Made by a program: the position numbers and the translations under genes
The notes under the pieces: model-generated
Told to the model about the DNA's origin: nothing
What the model saw: only the letters and a program-made list of their open reading frames with translations
Database searches by the model: none
Shown: in pieces, positions 1 to 11,278 of the stretch
How the letters are laid out: each line of letters opens with the position of its first letter
How positions within the stretch are numbered: position 1 is the first letter of the stretch
Source: Lama glama
Lineage: Eukaryota
DNA length: 60,000 bases
Direction of reading: 5' to 3'
NCBI GenBank assembly: GCA_028534125.1
Contig: CM052818.1
Coordinates: 30,940,001 to 31,000,000, forward strand

Positions 1-1184
1 CCATGGTTCTGCACCTCTGTGCTCACCAAGACGGGGGCCTCTACGCCTTCTGTTGACCCCAGTGGGGACACTGCTCCTACCTCTGGACTCCCCGTGTGGC
101 TACAAGTCCGGGATCCTCAACCTTCTTCCTCTCGGGTAAAGAGCGAATCTGCTCACCGTGGACCGGAGGGAGGAAGAGTCCGAGCAGATAAAGTAGTCCC
201 CGAGGGAAGGATGCCGCCACAACCTCTGGGGTCAGAAAGAGGAGATCCTTGGCAGGATGGGAGGATGGTACCATCCAGCTGCATCACTGGTGTTGCTGAG
301 TTTGGGCTTCCTTTGCTAAAGGGGATTCGGGCTGGTGTCGGAGCGAACTCGCACGTGGGCGAGGTGGGCATGTGGTCAGTGTGCCTCCCAGCCTTCCCTC
401 TTTCTAGGCCAGATCAGGCCTCAGAATTAAGTTTTCCCCAGCAGGGGCAGCTTCCCACTGACTTAATTTCTCTTTTATGTGTCTGGAGCATGGCCCAGCT
501 TGAGGGGCCAGCTTGGAGAGGAACCGTCTGTGCAGTGGCGGGGCAACTCCCTGTCCACCTGCTGCCCAGCCCCGGAGGTCACCCGCGCTCCGGATCTTCG
601 CAGAAACCGATATTTGCAGCCGATTTTATCTTTCCGCCGGGATCTTTGGGATGACGATGTTTTGGCCGAGATGTTGTTCCTGTCCAATGCATGTCAGCAT
701 TTCTGAGGGGAAGCTCTCTAATTAAAGGCTTCCCTGCATGGCCCACTCCCTGTTCACTAAGCTCGAGTGACATAAATAAGCCCCTTGTTTCTCTTAGCCC
801 AGCAAATCGAGACCCTTAAAGGTGGCTGAATGCCACCTCCCCCAGCCCCACCCCCTCGCGACCACAAGGAGTCCCGGACAGAGCCGGTGAATAATGGCTG
901 CTGTCCAAGCCTCAGCCTCGCTCCCCTAGCTTCTGACAGGCTCCTGGGTGCTTTACAGCAGGGGAGGGTGTTATGAATTTTCCCTCCGTCTCCCTCTGAC
1001 TGTGCGTCTCTGGCCCCTGGGGTGGTCTAAAAGCGGCTCAGCTGAGGAGTCAGTTGATGAGAAGCATCTTACAGTGGGCACACACAGAATGGAACCTCCA
1101 GATCGATGGGAAGGGGCAACAGGGTCCTGGGAAGGGGGCATCTGCCGTGTGGTGTCCTGCTCTGGACCCCACCTTGCAGCTCTG

Positions 1185-1335
1185 ATCTCATCTCTCTCAC
1201 ATAGCAACCCTGCGAGCAAGCTAAGGAAAGGGAGGCTCAGAGAAGTTGAGCGACTTGCCCTAGGTCACACAGCTAGGGAGAGGCTAGGGCAGGGATTTAA
1301 ATCCTGTGCTGAAGGCCCATGCTCTGGTCATCGTG
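1185..1335 (-). mobile_element. MIR SINE fragment
   Basis: MIR core in antisense: gaggctcagagaagttgagcgacttgccctaggtcacacagctag...gggatttaaatcc. Confidence 0.85.
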
Positions 1336-1769
1336 CTCTACTGCCTTTCTGGGCAGTTTATGGGGCTATTTGGCACAAATGTGTCAGAGCTGGAACTCGT
1401 GACCTCTGCCCTGGTGTTCCACTTCTCCTGAGCAGCCAGGGCAGATTTGCAGGACACCCAGGATTTGTTGGGCACCTGGGGAAGACATGTAGAAGGGTTG
1501 GTTGTGGTCTTCTCAAAGCAGGAGGTCCCCAGTGCAATTTGAATGTGATTCCTTTCACGATGCTTCAGTCACACATCATTTAAAAAATTCAACATGGTGA
1601 GCAGGACCTGTAAATCTGAGACTCAGGAGGGAATGTTGCCAAATTGATGGGGCTGGAGTGTGTGTAGCAGTATTCACCCATCCCAGACCTTCCTCCTGGC
1701 CTTTTATGGGTTCTGGCTAACCCCCTCCAGCACCCTCTTGATTGCGGCTGCATCTTGTCCACTGAGATT

Positions 1770-1960
1770 TGCTAGGCACTGAGCTGTGTGTTTTACCCAG
1801 AGCATTGCCTTTGCCTTAATTCTTACCACTTTTCTGAAAATTATTCTCCCCATTTTTCCTATGCATGAAATGGAGCCAGAGAGTCTATGGACTTGCCTAA
1901 GTTCACACAGCTTTGAAATAGAAGGGAGGGATCTGGGCTGACTCAGTGCGATGCTTTTCC
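1770..1960 (-). mobile_element. MIR SINE fragment
   Basis: attattctccccattttt...gaaatggagccagagag...gacttgcctaagttcacacagct resembles the antisense MIR core. Confidence 0.75.
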
Positions 1961-2040
1961 CACGATTATCTAGGCCTTCCGTGGATGGAGGAGAGAGGAA
2001 ACGGGAGGCTTGAAGACAGAGTATAAAACATGAGGCATCC

Positions 2041-2186
2041 GGGGAGGGTACAGCCCAGTGGTAGAGTGCGTGCTTAGCATGCACAAGGTCCAGGGTTCAG
2101 TCCCCAGAACCTCCATTAAAAAAATAAAATAGATAAAGTAATAAATATAAAAACTAATTACTCCCCTGCCCACCTCCCAATAAAAA
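2041..2186 (+). mobile_element. Young tRNA-derived SINE, camelid vic-1 type
   Basis: ggggagggtacagcccagtggtagagtgc (A box) ... gggttcagtcccc (B box), then an A-rich tail; imperfect TSD aaaacatgaggcatc (2025-2039) / aaaaccatcaggcatc (2183-2198). Confidence 0.92.
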
Positions 2187-3819
2187 CCATCAGGCATCAT
2201 CTTTGCCCTCAAGACCCTGGGACTTTAAGCATCCATATAATAGGTAAAATGATAAAACAAAAGGGTAGTTGATAAAGGACCAAGATGGAGGCAAGGACTG
2301 CTAATTCAGTGGGAGCGCAGAGTTGGGAAGTCTTCAGGGATGATCCAGAAAGGAGAGGTCGGTTTGGGGCTTGCTTCTAGCTGCTCCTCCATTGCCCCAC
2401 TTTTTCATACCCGCCGAAAAGCGCAGCCAACCTGAGAGTGTGAGCACTTAATCTGCTGGCCGTGAAGGAGATGGATTTCTTTAACCGTGTAGCAGTTTTC
2501 CACCACTCTCTCCATTCCCATCTCTGTTTATTCTGAAGATCAATACAGACAAAGGAGAAGTTATTCCCTGGAGAGGACCTGGCTATGTAGTTTGTAAAAA
2601 TATCCTTAGTCCTTCTTCCTGGTCCTGCTCGTCTTCCCCCATCGTGTTTATTTAGAGCAGAACTGTTTCTGAGAAGCAACATTGGGTAGTGGTGTTGAAC
2701 TGGAGAGCTCCAACTGCTGCAGCCCAGTCCTTCACAGGCCAGCGGAGGACCCGGACACCCAGGCTGCATGGACACCCAGCACAGGGAGCACATCTCTTTC
2801 CTTTATCAGGAATGTTTGCTTCCTGAGCCAGAGTCTTCACTTGATCTTAGCCAAAAGGCCAAGAAGCGATTCTGAGCCAGAGTCTTTGCAGGAGAGGGAT
2901 TAAAAGACAGAGAGGAGCTATGGTGGGTGGGAAGGAGACATCAGTGTTCTCCTGGCTTCGGATCTCATGGGGCAGGAATGTCTAGCAAGATCCAGTAAGA
3001 TGATCTGAAGTCTGCCAGTCCAATAGAAATCAGTATTGGCTGTGCCACGTATTCTGACATGGAAACATACAGTCTTGGCTATTCCACAAGCTAGTGGAGT
3101 GATCTAGGGAATCAGAATAGATGTTAACTTTCAAACGCTTCCCCCAGTGGAATCTGTTTAGTTAGATTGAAATCTGTGCCAGGTCCCAGATATGGACCAG
3201 ATGAAGGTGTAGCTCTGGCTGTAGGGGACCAGGGTTTGGGACAGACTCCACCTCCTCTCTGCACTGCTGTAGGATCTGGGGTTCTGAGGAAGGTGAGGAA
3301 GGCATTGGAGGAGTTGGCCCCAGAGGTTGTCTCTAGCTCTGATAATCTAGAAATTTACCATCTTCCATCATTTTCCTTTGTGCTGTGCCTGTCTCTAGAC
3401 TCTGCAGGGAGCCAGTGAAAGCTGTCGGGGCAGAGACACTGTCTTACGTTTGATTTATGCCTTTGCACACAGTAGGAACACGAAAGCAGATTTGTACCCA
3501 GCTGAGCTTCAATCTCTGTTCCCACTAAAGTCAGGTGTTTGCAGCAGGTTATCTGGAGGAGAGAGTCACTCTCCACCAGCCTGGATGTGACATCGTTCTG
3601 TGTTCTGGTGGAGCTGGCTGTGAACCTGGCACCATTTCTCCTCTTTTACGATCTGTAAAAATGGACTCTTGGCCCTGTAGGGATGAAATGAGAATGAAAT
3701 CCTCATCTTGAAAGTCCCTTCCTGTAGCATTGTCTTTTCAAATCTTTTCTGTCCAGGTGAGATTATTCTTTGAGTACTACCAGGGAGAAATCAGTTCATT
3801 TTCAAGATTTTATGGAAAC

Positions 3820-4570
3820 CATTTGGTTCAGGCACTGCATTAAATGCGAGGGGTAAGAATAAACTTAAACTATGATCTTGTCTTCAAGAGGCAGGTAGGT
3901 ATAGAGTAAGTTGCACTTTATTCTTAAAGGGCTGGGGAACTGTGCTGAAAGGATGAGGGACAGAGGAATAGAACAGTCCAGGCCCGGGAATAGCAAGAGC
4001 AAAGCCTTGCATGTATTGTGATGCTGGTGCTCTTAAGTAGTCTGAGGCAAGTGGGGCAAGTAGTTGGAGATGAGCCTGGCTAGAGAGTTTCAGTCCCAAG
4101 TGGTTGAAGAATTTGTTTCCGGGAGGGGAAATTTACGCTCATAACTCACATTTTTGGAAAATTACCCTGATGATATTTTAGAGGATGTGTGTTGGGGTGA
4201 GGAGAAAGGGGGCCTTGTTTCTCCTCAGGAGGAAGGATGGGAGCCCAGACTGAGACGGGCTGGCTTCATTTAAAATGGGAGAAAGGAGGGAGGTAGATGC
4301 TGGACAGATTTGGAAGTGGAATTAATAAACCCCTCCATGGATGCGAGGCTTGAGAAAGAGAAATTGAGGACGAGGCCAAATATTTGGTTTGTGAAATTGG
4401 ATAGAGAAAGGAACTTACTGTTGAGTTTGGAGTTGGCAGAGGAAAAGCATGTGGGGTTCGGGAGGTGGAGATAAGGCTGGAGCCGCGATGGGTTTGCAGG
4501 GTCTATGGGACGGGACATCCAAGCAGGATGTGCTGTAGCAGCTCAAGAGAGAGGAGGAGGAGCAAGAGGA
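3820..4570 (-). mobile_element. L2 LINE fragment
   Basis: Degenerate antisense L2 3' region (caggcactgcattaaatgc..., aagcaaagcc, gagtttgga..., gggacatccaagcagga...gcagct); purine-rich, as expected for antisense L2. Confidence 0.7.
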
Positions 4571-5354
4571 AGGCCTGCCTTCTCTTAAAAGCCTACTGGG
4601 AAGAGAGGCTGTGATTCCTGCAGCCGCCGCCTGTTTCTGGGAGATCCGTCCTGGGGCAGCAGAAACCAGTCTTACGGCTATGTCCTGGAGCTTCCCTACA
4701 GAAGTCCTGGCTGGGTGGCGTGCAGTCGAGATGCGGGACAGAGCCGAGCCAGGTGGTTCTGCAGAATTGGCTGTCTTCTGGGCCGCATCAGCTTTCCTTA
4801 GAGAGAGGTGACCCGCTGGGCCCAAACACCGAAACTAATTGGGAGAGCTCTTTAACTTAAACGTATCACCCAGCTGTGGGCTGTGCAGTGACGGGGGCCC
4901 CAGGTGTCATGTTGACAGCCGCTGGCCCATTAAAGGTGCAGCTCGACTGGTGAGACACAGTTTTGAGGAGCTGCTATTAACAGCATTTAATAGCAGGACT
5001 GTAGTTAATGGTTAGCAAATGTTTTATGAACAGATTCCTCGTGCTCTGTGAAGGCGGATTCAATTTATTCGGAGTGGATTTGCTTTCCCCTATTAAGCTC
5101 AGGAGTGTGTAATCAGCTTCTTCCCTCCACTGAAGGGCTTTCTGTCTGGCAGGAGTGGGGCCTGTTTAATGCTGGGCCTATTCAAGTTAAATAGGAGGCC
5201 CTGGGTGGTGGGCGTGTGTGTCCTGGGGGGTCTCGTGTGGATTGTTGGCAAAGCAGAGCCTCAAGGGACTAGTTTGTGGTGGGCAGAGAAAGATCCTCTG
5301 GGACAGCTGTGTGGTCATCATGGCTTCTTCCCAGGCTGAGCTGGGCCCTCCCTG

Positions 5355-5510
5355 GATCTGGTCCTGGCTGGAGCCCTGGTTTCCTTGTCACTCTTAAGCA
5401 AGCCATTTAGCCTTTCTGCCTCTGGTCTCTTCAACTGTGAAATACAGCTAATCACACCTCTCATCCTCTTGGGTGTGTGGTCGGGATTAATGACCTTGAA
5501 GCATCTCAAG
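5355..5510 (+). mobile_element. MIR SINE fragment
   Basis: gtcactcttaagcaagccatttagcctttctgcctctggtctcttcaactgtgaaat matches the MIR core. Confidence 0.65.
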
Positions 5511-6496
5511 GGTTGGGGAGGGGAGGAGGTGGGGCAGGGGGTGTCCACTCTAAGTCTTCAAGGAGAGTCAGGAATTCCCATCGGGAGGGAGGGGAAATAT
5601 AATTTGGCATCGCCAATACATCATATATTAAATTGAATTTCCCATAGTATTTTTTCAGGCCAAGTCACATTTTAAGAGGTAGAGAAAGCGCTGGACTCTC
5701 CGTTTAGAAGAGAAGTGGGCTGTGATGTCTGTTTCTAATTCAAAGAAAACTACCACTGTTTTTCCTTTTGTGCTGAAAGGTGAGTAGAGGGGCAGGCCTG
5801 CCAGGTAGGCTCACTTGCCCTTTATACAAAGGCAAAGAAAGTATTGTCCCTTAGAAAATAAAAAAAGGTTAAGATTTTCAACTCCAACTTTTACTTAAAT
5901 GTAAGTTGCTGCTTTTATCTCTCTGCTTTTTCCTGAAATTATTTTCACTGAATTATACAATCGAACCACAAATTCTCCATGCCTAGTAGATGGATGATTA
6001 TATCTCTTTGGTGCCATTTCTGTTTCTCAGTGGAAGGACCTGTCTTTCCAGAGAAAGAAGGTGGCCAGTGATGACTGTACTAGCAGGGTCTCACCCTGTG
6101 CCAATCGGGAAGGCAGGAGATATAACAGATCCACTGGACAGCCCTTCAAGTGGTCACCATAGCCAGGGGCTGGCTGGTGGGGAGGCTGTGCCCTCTGCAG
6201 TGAGCCTGTTCAAAGCTGCTCATTACAACAGGGGGCCGCTCCCAGGACCCAGTGCTCTGCGGCAGTTGTGTGTGGGGGGAATGCACAGACACCCGAGTGA
6301 GAGGGGCACACCTGAGCACAGAGAGCAGGTAATGGCATGATGGCCCCTTGGCCTCCAGCAGCTGGAGTTTCAGCTGACCTGGGCTGCTCCGTTTCGACCC
6401 TGAGTTTTCGCGTTGCAATGGCCAGTCATTTGATAAAGGGAAAGGACAAGGCTGTAGTTTATCCAGCACCTTTAATCCCAGCATTTAAAGAGCTAT

Positions 6497-6770
6497 TCCT
6501 TTCTTGAATATGTGTAAGCACATTTGCCTGTCTTTTATGATTGGATTACTGCATTCTGTTGATTCTTATTTTGTCATTGGCTTTATTCCTTTGATAACTA
6601 TGTAAGTTTAAAAAGCTAAAGATCTAATCTGTTCTTAGAAACAATAATTAGTACATATATGTAAGCTAAAAAAGTGCAGTGTACTGTATATATGTATTTA
6701 CATGCAATATAATGTGTATGTGCAGTTGAACTGTAATAATTCTACCTAATAAAACTGAAAAAGAAAAAAA
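6497..6770 (+). mobile_element. TSD-flanked, poly(A)-tailed retro-insertion (5'-truncated retrocopy or L1 3' end; source unidentified)
   Basis: Perfect 10-bp direct repeat aaagagctat at 6487-6496 and 6771-6780; AATAAA at 6748-6753 followed by an A-rich tail; pre-insertion site ttt|aaag resembles an L1 endonuclease target. Confidence 0.8.
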
Positions 6771-7489
6771 AAAGAGCTATGTCAAAGTGAGCTTCCAAGA
6801 AGTAAATGCCTGTGTCGTTTACGTTTTTTAAAATGTTAGAATAAACAAAGAGCAGTATGCTAGCGCCTTGCTAATGGGTGCCCTCTCTCCAAATTTTCAT
6901 TAGCCCTTCCAAGAAGTGCAATCTTATACGGTGACCCATTTGACAGCAGTGAGCCTGAAGACACATGGTATCTGCTGCCAGTAATCATGTCGGCTTTCAT
7001 TTAAATTACTTTTTTTTCCAGAACATGATTTCTTTTATGAGCAATATTAAGTCTCATCCTCCTTTGCTCTGATAGTGTAGTGGGCAGGCCTCAGATCTGG
7101 GTTCCTTGTGGTGGCTCTTGCTATGGCCTTGGGCCTCAGTCCTGCCATCCAGAAAATGGGCAGCTCTTCCCAGTCTCTCCTCCACTGTGAGTACCCTTTC
7201 GTGCATTTTGTTTTGCTTCCTGATTTTCTGTCTTAAAAGATGTTATCCACCAAATAAACAACTTTGATGCTATGATGCTTTTGTTTTCCCACTTTTAAAA
7301 ATCAAAATATATTTACGAATTAAAATTTCTGATTAGCCAGGGAGCCAGGAATACTAGTTGAGTTGATATCCTTCTAGTCAAAGGCCCAAAATGTGATATT
7401 TTCTTTATCCTGGGGGGCTTTATCCAGGGTAAGCAAACAGATGAAGTCTATTAGGCTTTGAAATATATGAAAATAGCTCACAGGTCCTG

Positions 7490-7775
7490 TTCCTTCATTT
7501 GTTCCTTCATTTGTGCAGTGAACTCTGGGGGAGGGAGCACTGTGCTGGGTGCTGGGGGTGTAGCACCCACCGACACAGGCAAGAGTCTGCTCAAGGTGGG
7601 AACAGGTGAACAAGGAAGGGGAGGTCAGACTGTGAGAAATGCCAGAATAATAACGAGACAGGAGGGTGGGTGGGAGAGTGCCAGGGTGGGGGCTGCTTTA
7701 GTCAGGCTGTTGGGAGAGGTCTCAGGGGAGCGGGCATCTAAGGTGAGACCGAGAGGATAAGGAGCCAGCACGCCA
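7490..7775 (-). mobile_element. L2 LINE 3' fragment
   Basis: ttccttcatttgttccttcattt...gcactgtgctgggtgctgggg resembles an antisense L2 3' terminus. Confidence 0.55.
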
Positions 7776-9179
7776 AGGTTGTCTTTGGTCCCATTGACAG
7801 AATGGCCCGCGGAAGCCCACACATATGTAAATGTGACTTCTGTCTTATTGCCAACCATTTTTCAAAAAAACCCCATTAAAAAAAAATGTCATGAAGTAGG
7901 CAGCTCACTCCAGGGGCTCGAAGCATTTGTCACACTTCTGTGAAATGGCCTCCTGTTTCCTTCTCTCCCTCCCTAAATAATGTGCCACCTCCTTGGAGGC
8001 AGGGGCCCTGACTTGCTCGTCCCTGTATCCACAGAGCCTGATGCAGCGCCTGGCTCGGGGGGAGGCCTGCAGGGAATTCTACAGGTGGAGGAAGGAAGGA
8101 AGGAAGCAGGGAGGGAGGGAGACAGGCAGGCACAGTGTTGATTTTCATTGTCCTCGGGCTTTGCAGGACCACAGTGTTGTGGGGGGTTCTTGCCAAGCAG
8201 TGGCAGAGGCATGAAGGTGGCCAAGGGCTGGCTGGTAAGTGAAGACAGGAGGGGGTCTTCCCTGCCTTGATCTGATTCGCTGGCCCCTTGAAAAGTGTGC
8301 TCTGGAAACTGCATGTGAAGAAAAGATTTAATCCTTAGTGCCCTGCTATGTTCTTATTAAGAGAGCGTGGGTGCCGGCAGAGCTGAAAAGCAGCCTCATC
8401 AGGAGCATGATTGTTTGTGGACTGGGAGCTGTCTGGAAGCAGCAGTGTCTGTCGGGAAAGCCGGAAATGGGAGCAGGAGACTATCTGTTAGCGGCGGGGG
8501 ACGGGCCTGGGCCTCAGGGGAAGCAATGGGATGTCTTGGGTGGCAAAGTCTTCCTGTCAGAGGTGGTCCTGTCCAGGTACTGTACCTGGTTAAGGCCTGA
8601 TCCGTGGCCAGCAGAGCTGGAGGCGGGCAGGACGGGAAGGTACGACAGGGCAGGTGGGGGAAACAGGCTGAGAAGAGTCCCAGTCCCCGCTGTGGGGCGC
8701 TCACACCGCTGCCGGTGCTGGTGGGCGAGTGCACACCTACATCCGTGCTGTTGTCCCTAGTCGTCTTCAGTCTCAGAGCCACCACGGAGGCTGGCTACCG
8801 AAGAGGAAGTGGCCGACCATCCCGGCAGTCAGGGCCCTCCCCCTGTTACGCTGGGGTTTAGGCACTGGACCCAAGGTCTGGCACAGGGCCCCTATTAACA
8901 GGCAGATGCTCCAGCCTCAAAGAGGTGACAGACAGAACCTCAGCACAGGCACCAGAAGTGAAATGGGAGACTGGGGCCAGGGACTGAGTGAGGGTCTGTT
9001 GGGGGCACTGGAGCTCTGCTTTGCTGTGTCTGCAGCCGCTTAAATCCCTCCTGCCTCAGCTTAGGGTTGGGCGCCGGCTGAGTGAGGGGCTGAGCTGTGA
9101 AGAAATGGCATAGGAGGCCTGGAGGCCGGGGCCCAGCAGGGCCTGAAGCGGCAGCTGCCCTGCCCTCCTCCACTGGAAG

Positions 9180-9356
9180 TAGGCATGCCAGATAAGATGC
9201 AGTACACCCAGCTATGTTTGAATTTCAGAGAAACAACAAATAATTTTTTTACTATAAGTCTATCCCAAATATCATGTGAGATGTATCTATAGTTGGTGTG
9301 AAATTTAGATTTGATTGGGCATCCCGTATTTTTATTTGCTAAATCTGGCAACCCTG
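9180..9356. mobile_element. MER53-type palindromic hAT MITE
   Basis: Ends taggcatgccagat / atctggcaaccctg; internal tttgaatttcagagaaacaacaaataattttttactataagt; degenerate 8-bp TSD actggaag/atttgaag. Confidence 0.88.
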
Positions 9357-10354
9357 ATTTGAAGGCAGAAGATGGAAGCTCCCAAAGAAAGCACTGATTT
9401 CTGTCGCATGGGCTGTCTGGTGTGTCCTCTGGAATCAAGGCTGCTGGAGATGGTGTTTCTCTTCCACCTCCCTGAGCATGTGTCCCTCTGAGTCAGCAGC
9501 TGGGCTGAGGGGAGGAGCTGGTGTGGTGATGGGGCTGTTGCCGGGGGCATGTCTCCTCGCCAAGTAGGGGAGGATGTCCCGATGTCCCCAGGCATCTGCT
9601 GTTTGCTTCACCTTCTTGGAAAATCTTCAAAGTGAAAATGCCTAACTTCTCACTCTGCCGTTTGACACTGAATGTGTCCTCTGTTGACACCTAGGACGTG
9701 ACCTCAGGGATGTCGTCTACCCAACGGTTCTGTGGGGTGAAGTTGCTCCGCTTCACAGAGTGGGGGCCCGAGGCTCTCAAGAGGCTGGGAGATGAGTGAC
9801 TCAATGCAGCAGGGGTGATGAGGACGTCACCCCAACATGCAGACTCCCCACATCCCTGGGATGCTGCTGGTTCCCTTGATGCTGAGAGAACTACAGGCAG
9901 GACAGCGTGGCAGGGCCAGCAGCCTGCTGCAGTGGGCTGGTTCTGTCGTGTGCTGTGGGTACCTCGGCACCCTGGTTAGTCTGTCTCCTTGGCAGGTGGC
10001 ACATTTGTTCTCCTCACTGAGGAAGTTCTGTCAGCCTGGGACGCATGTGACTGGGGGAGTGGGAAGTCGAGTGATGTGCTGTTACTTCTGAGTTGAAAGT
10101 GAGAGGCAGTGGGGGGAGTGTCCACTAAGCTGTTTCTGAAATGTTTGTTACTTCCTGTCACTGTTGAGCCCAGGGAAAGACATCCTCTTAAAACGATCAA
10201 TATGAGCTCTTTATCTCAGTGAGTGAACGATGGAGCTGTGAAAGTGCCAGTGATGGGATGTCACCATCTCTCAACACACAAGGGTGCCAACAGGACAGGT
10301 ATGGGAGCAGGTGCTTTGGACCCAGCCCAGGTCTTCTGGACCCTCTGCTCCCCT

Positions 10355-10887
10355 TGAGTCAGTGAGGGTTCTCCGGGGAAGCAGAGCCAGTCTCTGTGTC
10401 TCTGTCTCTGCATATGTCTGTTTCTCTCTGTATCTCCATCTATTCTTCCATCCATCCATTTATCTATATATCTAGGGAGGTTTGTTTCAAGGCATTGGCT
10501 TACATGATGTGCGGCTGGCAAATCAAAACTCTATAGGTCTGGATATTCAGGTCAGAGCTTTCAGGGCAGTCTTGAGCTGGAAATCCATTGGCAGGCCAGG
10601 CAGGATGGAAACTGCATGAGTTTCTCTGTTGTACTCATGAGGAGAATTCCTTCTCCACACTTTGCTCTTAAGGCCTTCAACTGATTGGATGAGGCCCACC
10701 CATGTTACAGATGGTCATCTCCTTGACTTCAAGTCTATTGAGTTAAATGGTAATCTGCCCTCAGAGTCTGCTGGTTGACATGTAAATCATATCTAAAAAA
10801 TACCTTCACAGCAGCATCTACAGTGGTGTTGACCACACAGCTGGGCCCCATAGCCTCTCTGGCTGACACATGGCATTAACCATTGCA
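10355..10887 (-). mobile_element. MLT2 (ERV-L) LTR
   Basis: agggttctcc...gcagagcca; ctcttaaggccttcaactgattggatgaggcccacc; aaaaaataccttcacagcagcatcta; tgacacatggcattaaccattgca end. Confidence 0.9.
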
Positions 10888-11096
10888 ATGGGCTTGTCCT
10901 TGGATTTGCCAAGTGTGTGGAACTGGCTAGCCACCCAGGAGGAGTGTCAGGCACTTTCATGGGGCCATGTCTCTCCAGTAAGGGGCTGGGCCACTGGATT
11001 TTCTGCAGGAGGTTCGTAAAGGTCAGAGTGTCCATCTTGATTTCCCTCCTCCTCTTCTCACTACACCAGATCTTTTAATGCCTGGGGAGATCACTT

Positions 11097-11278
11097 TGTT
11101 CTCTTCAACTGATTGGATGAGGCCCACCACTTATTCAGGGCCATCTGCTTGTCTCAGAGTCTCTTGACTATAAATATTAATCACATCTGAAAAAATGCCT
11201 TCACAACATCTATACTGGTATTCAACTAACTGGGCACCATAGCCTAACCCAGCTGACACAAAAAATTAAGTATTACAC
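11097..11278 (-). mobile_element. Second, partial MLT2 LTR (terminal part)
   Basis: cttcaactgattggatgaggcccacc...aaaaaatgccttcacaacatcta...catagcctaacccagctgacacaaaaaattaa. Confidence 0.85.

Noticed and set aside
19..1583. Two 211-aa ORFs (19-654 and 948-1583)
   Set aside because: Non-ATG starts, no recognisable domain, and composition typical of GC-rich non-coding DNA; the second runs through a MIR
2041..2115. tRNA gene
   Set aside because: The tRNA-like head continues into a SINE body and A-tail with a TSD; it is a SINE, as is 22738-22893
5659..5779. Exon-like interval (tttttcag acceptor, aag|gtgagt donor)
   Set aside because: Stop codons in all three frames; such pseudo-exons are common and unsupported without RNA data
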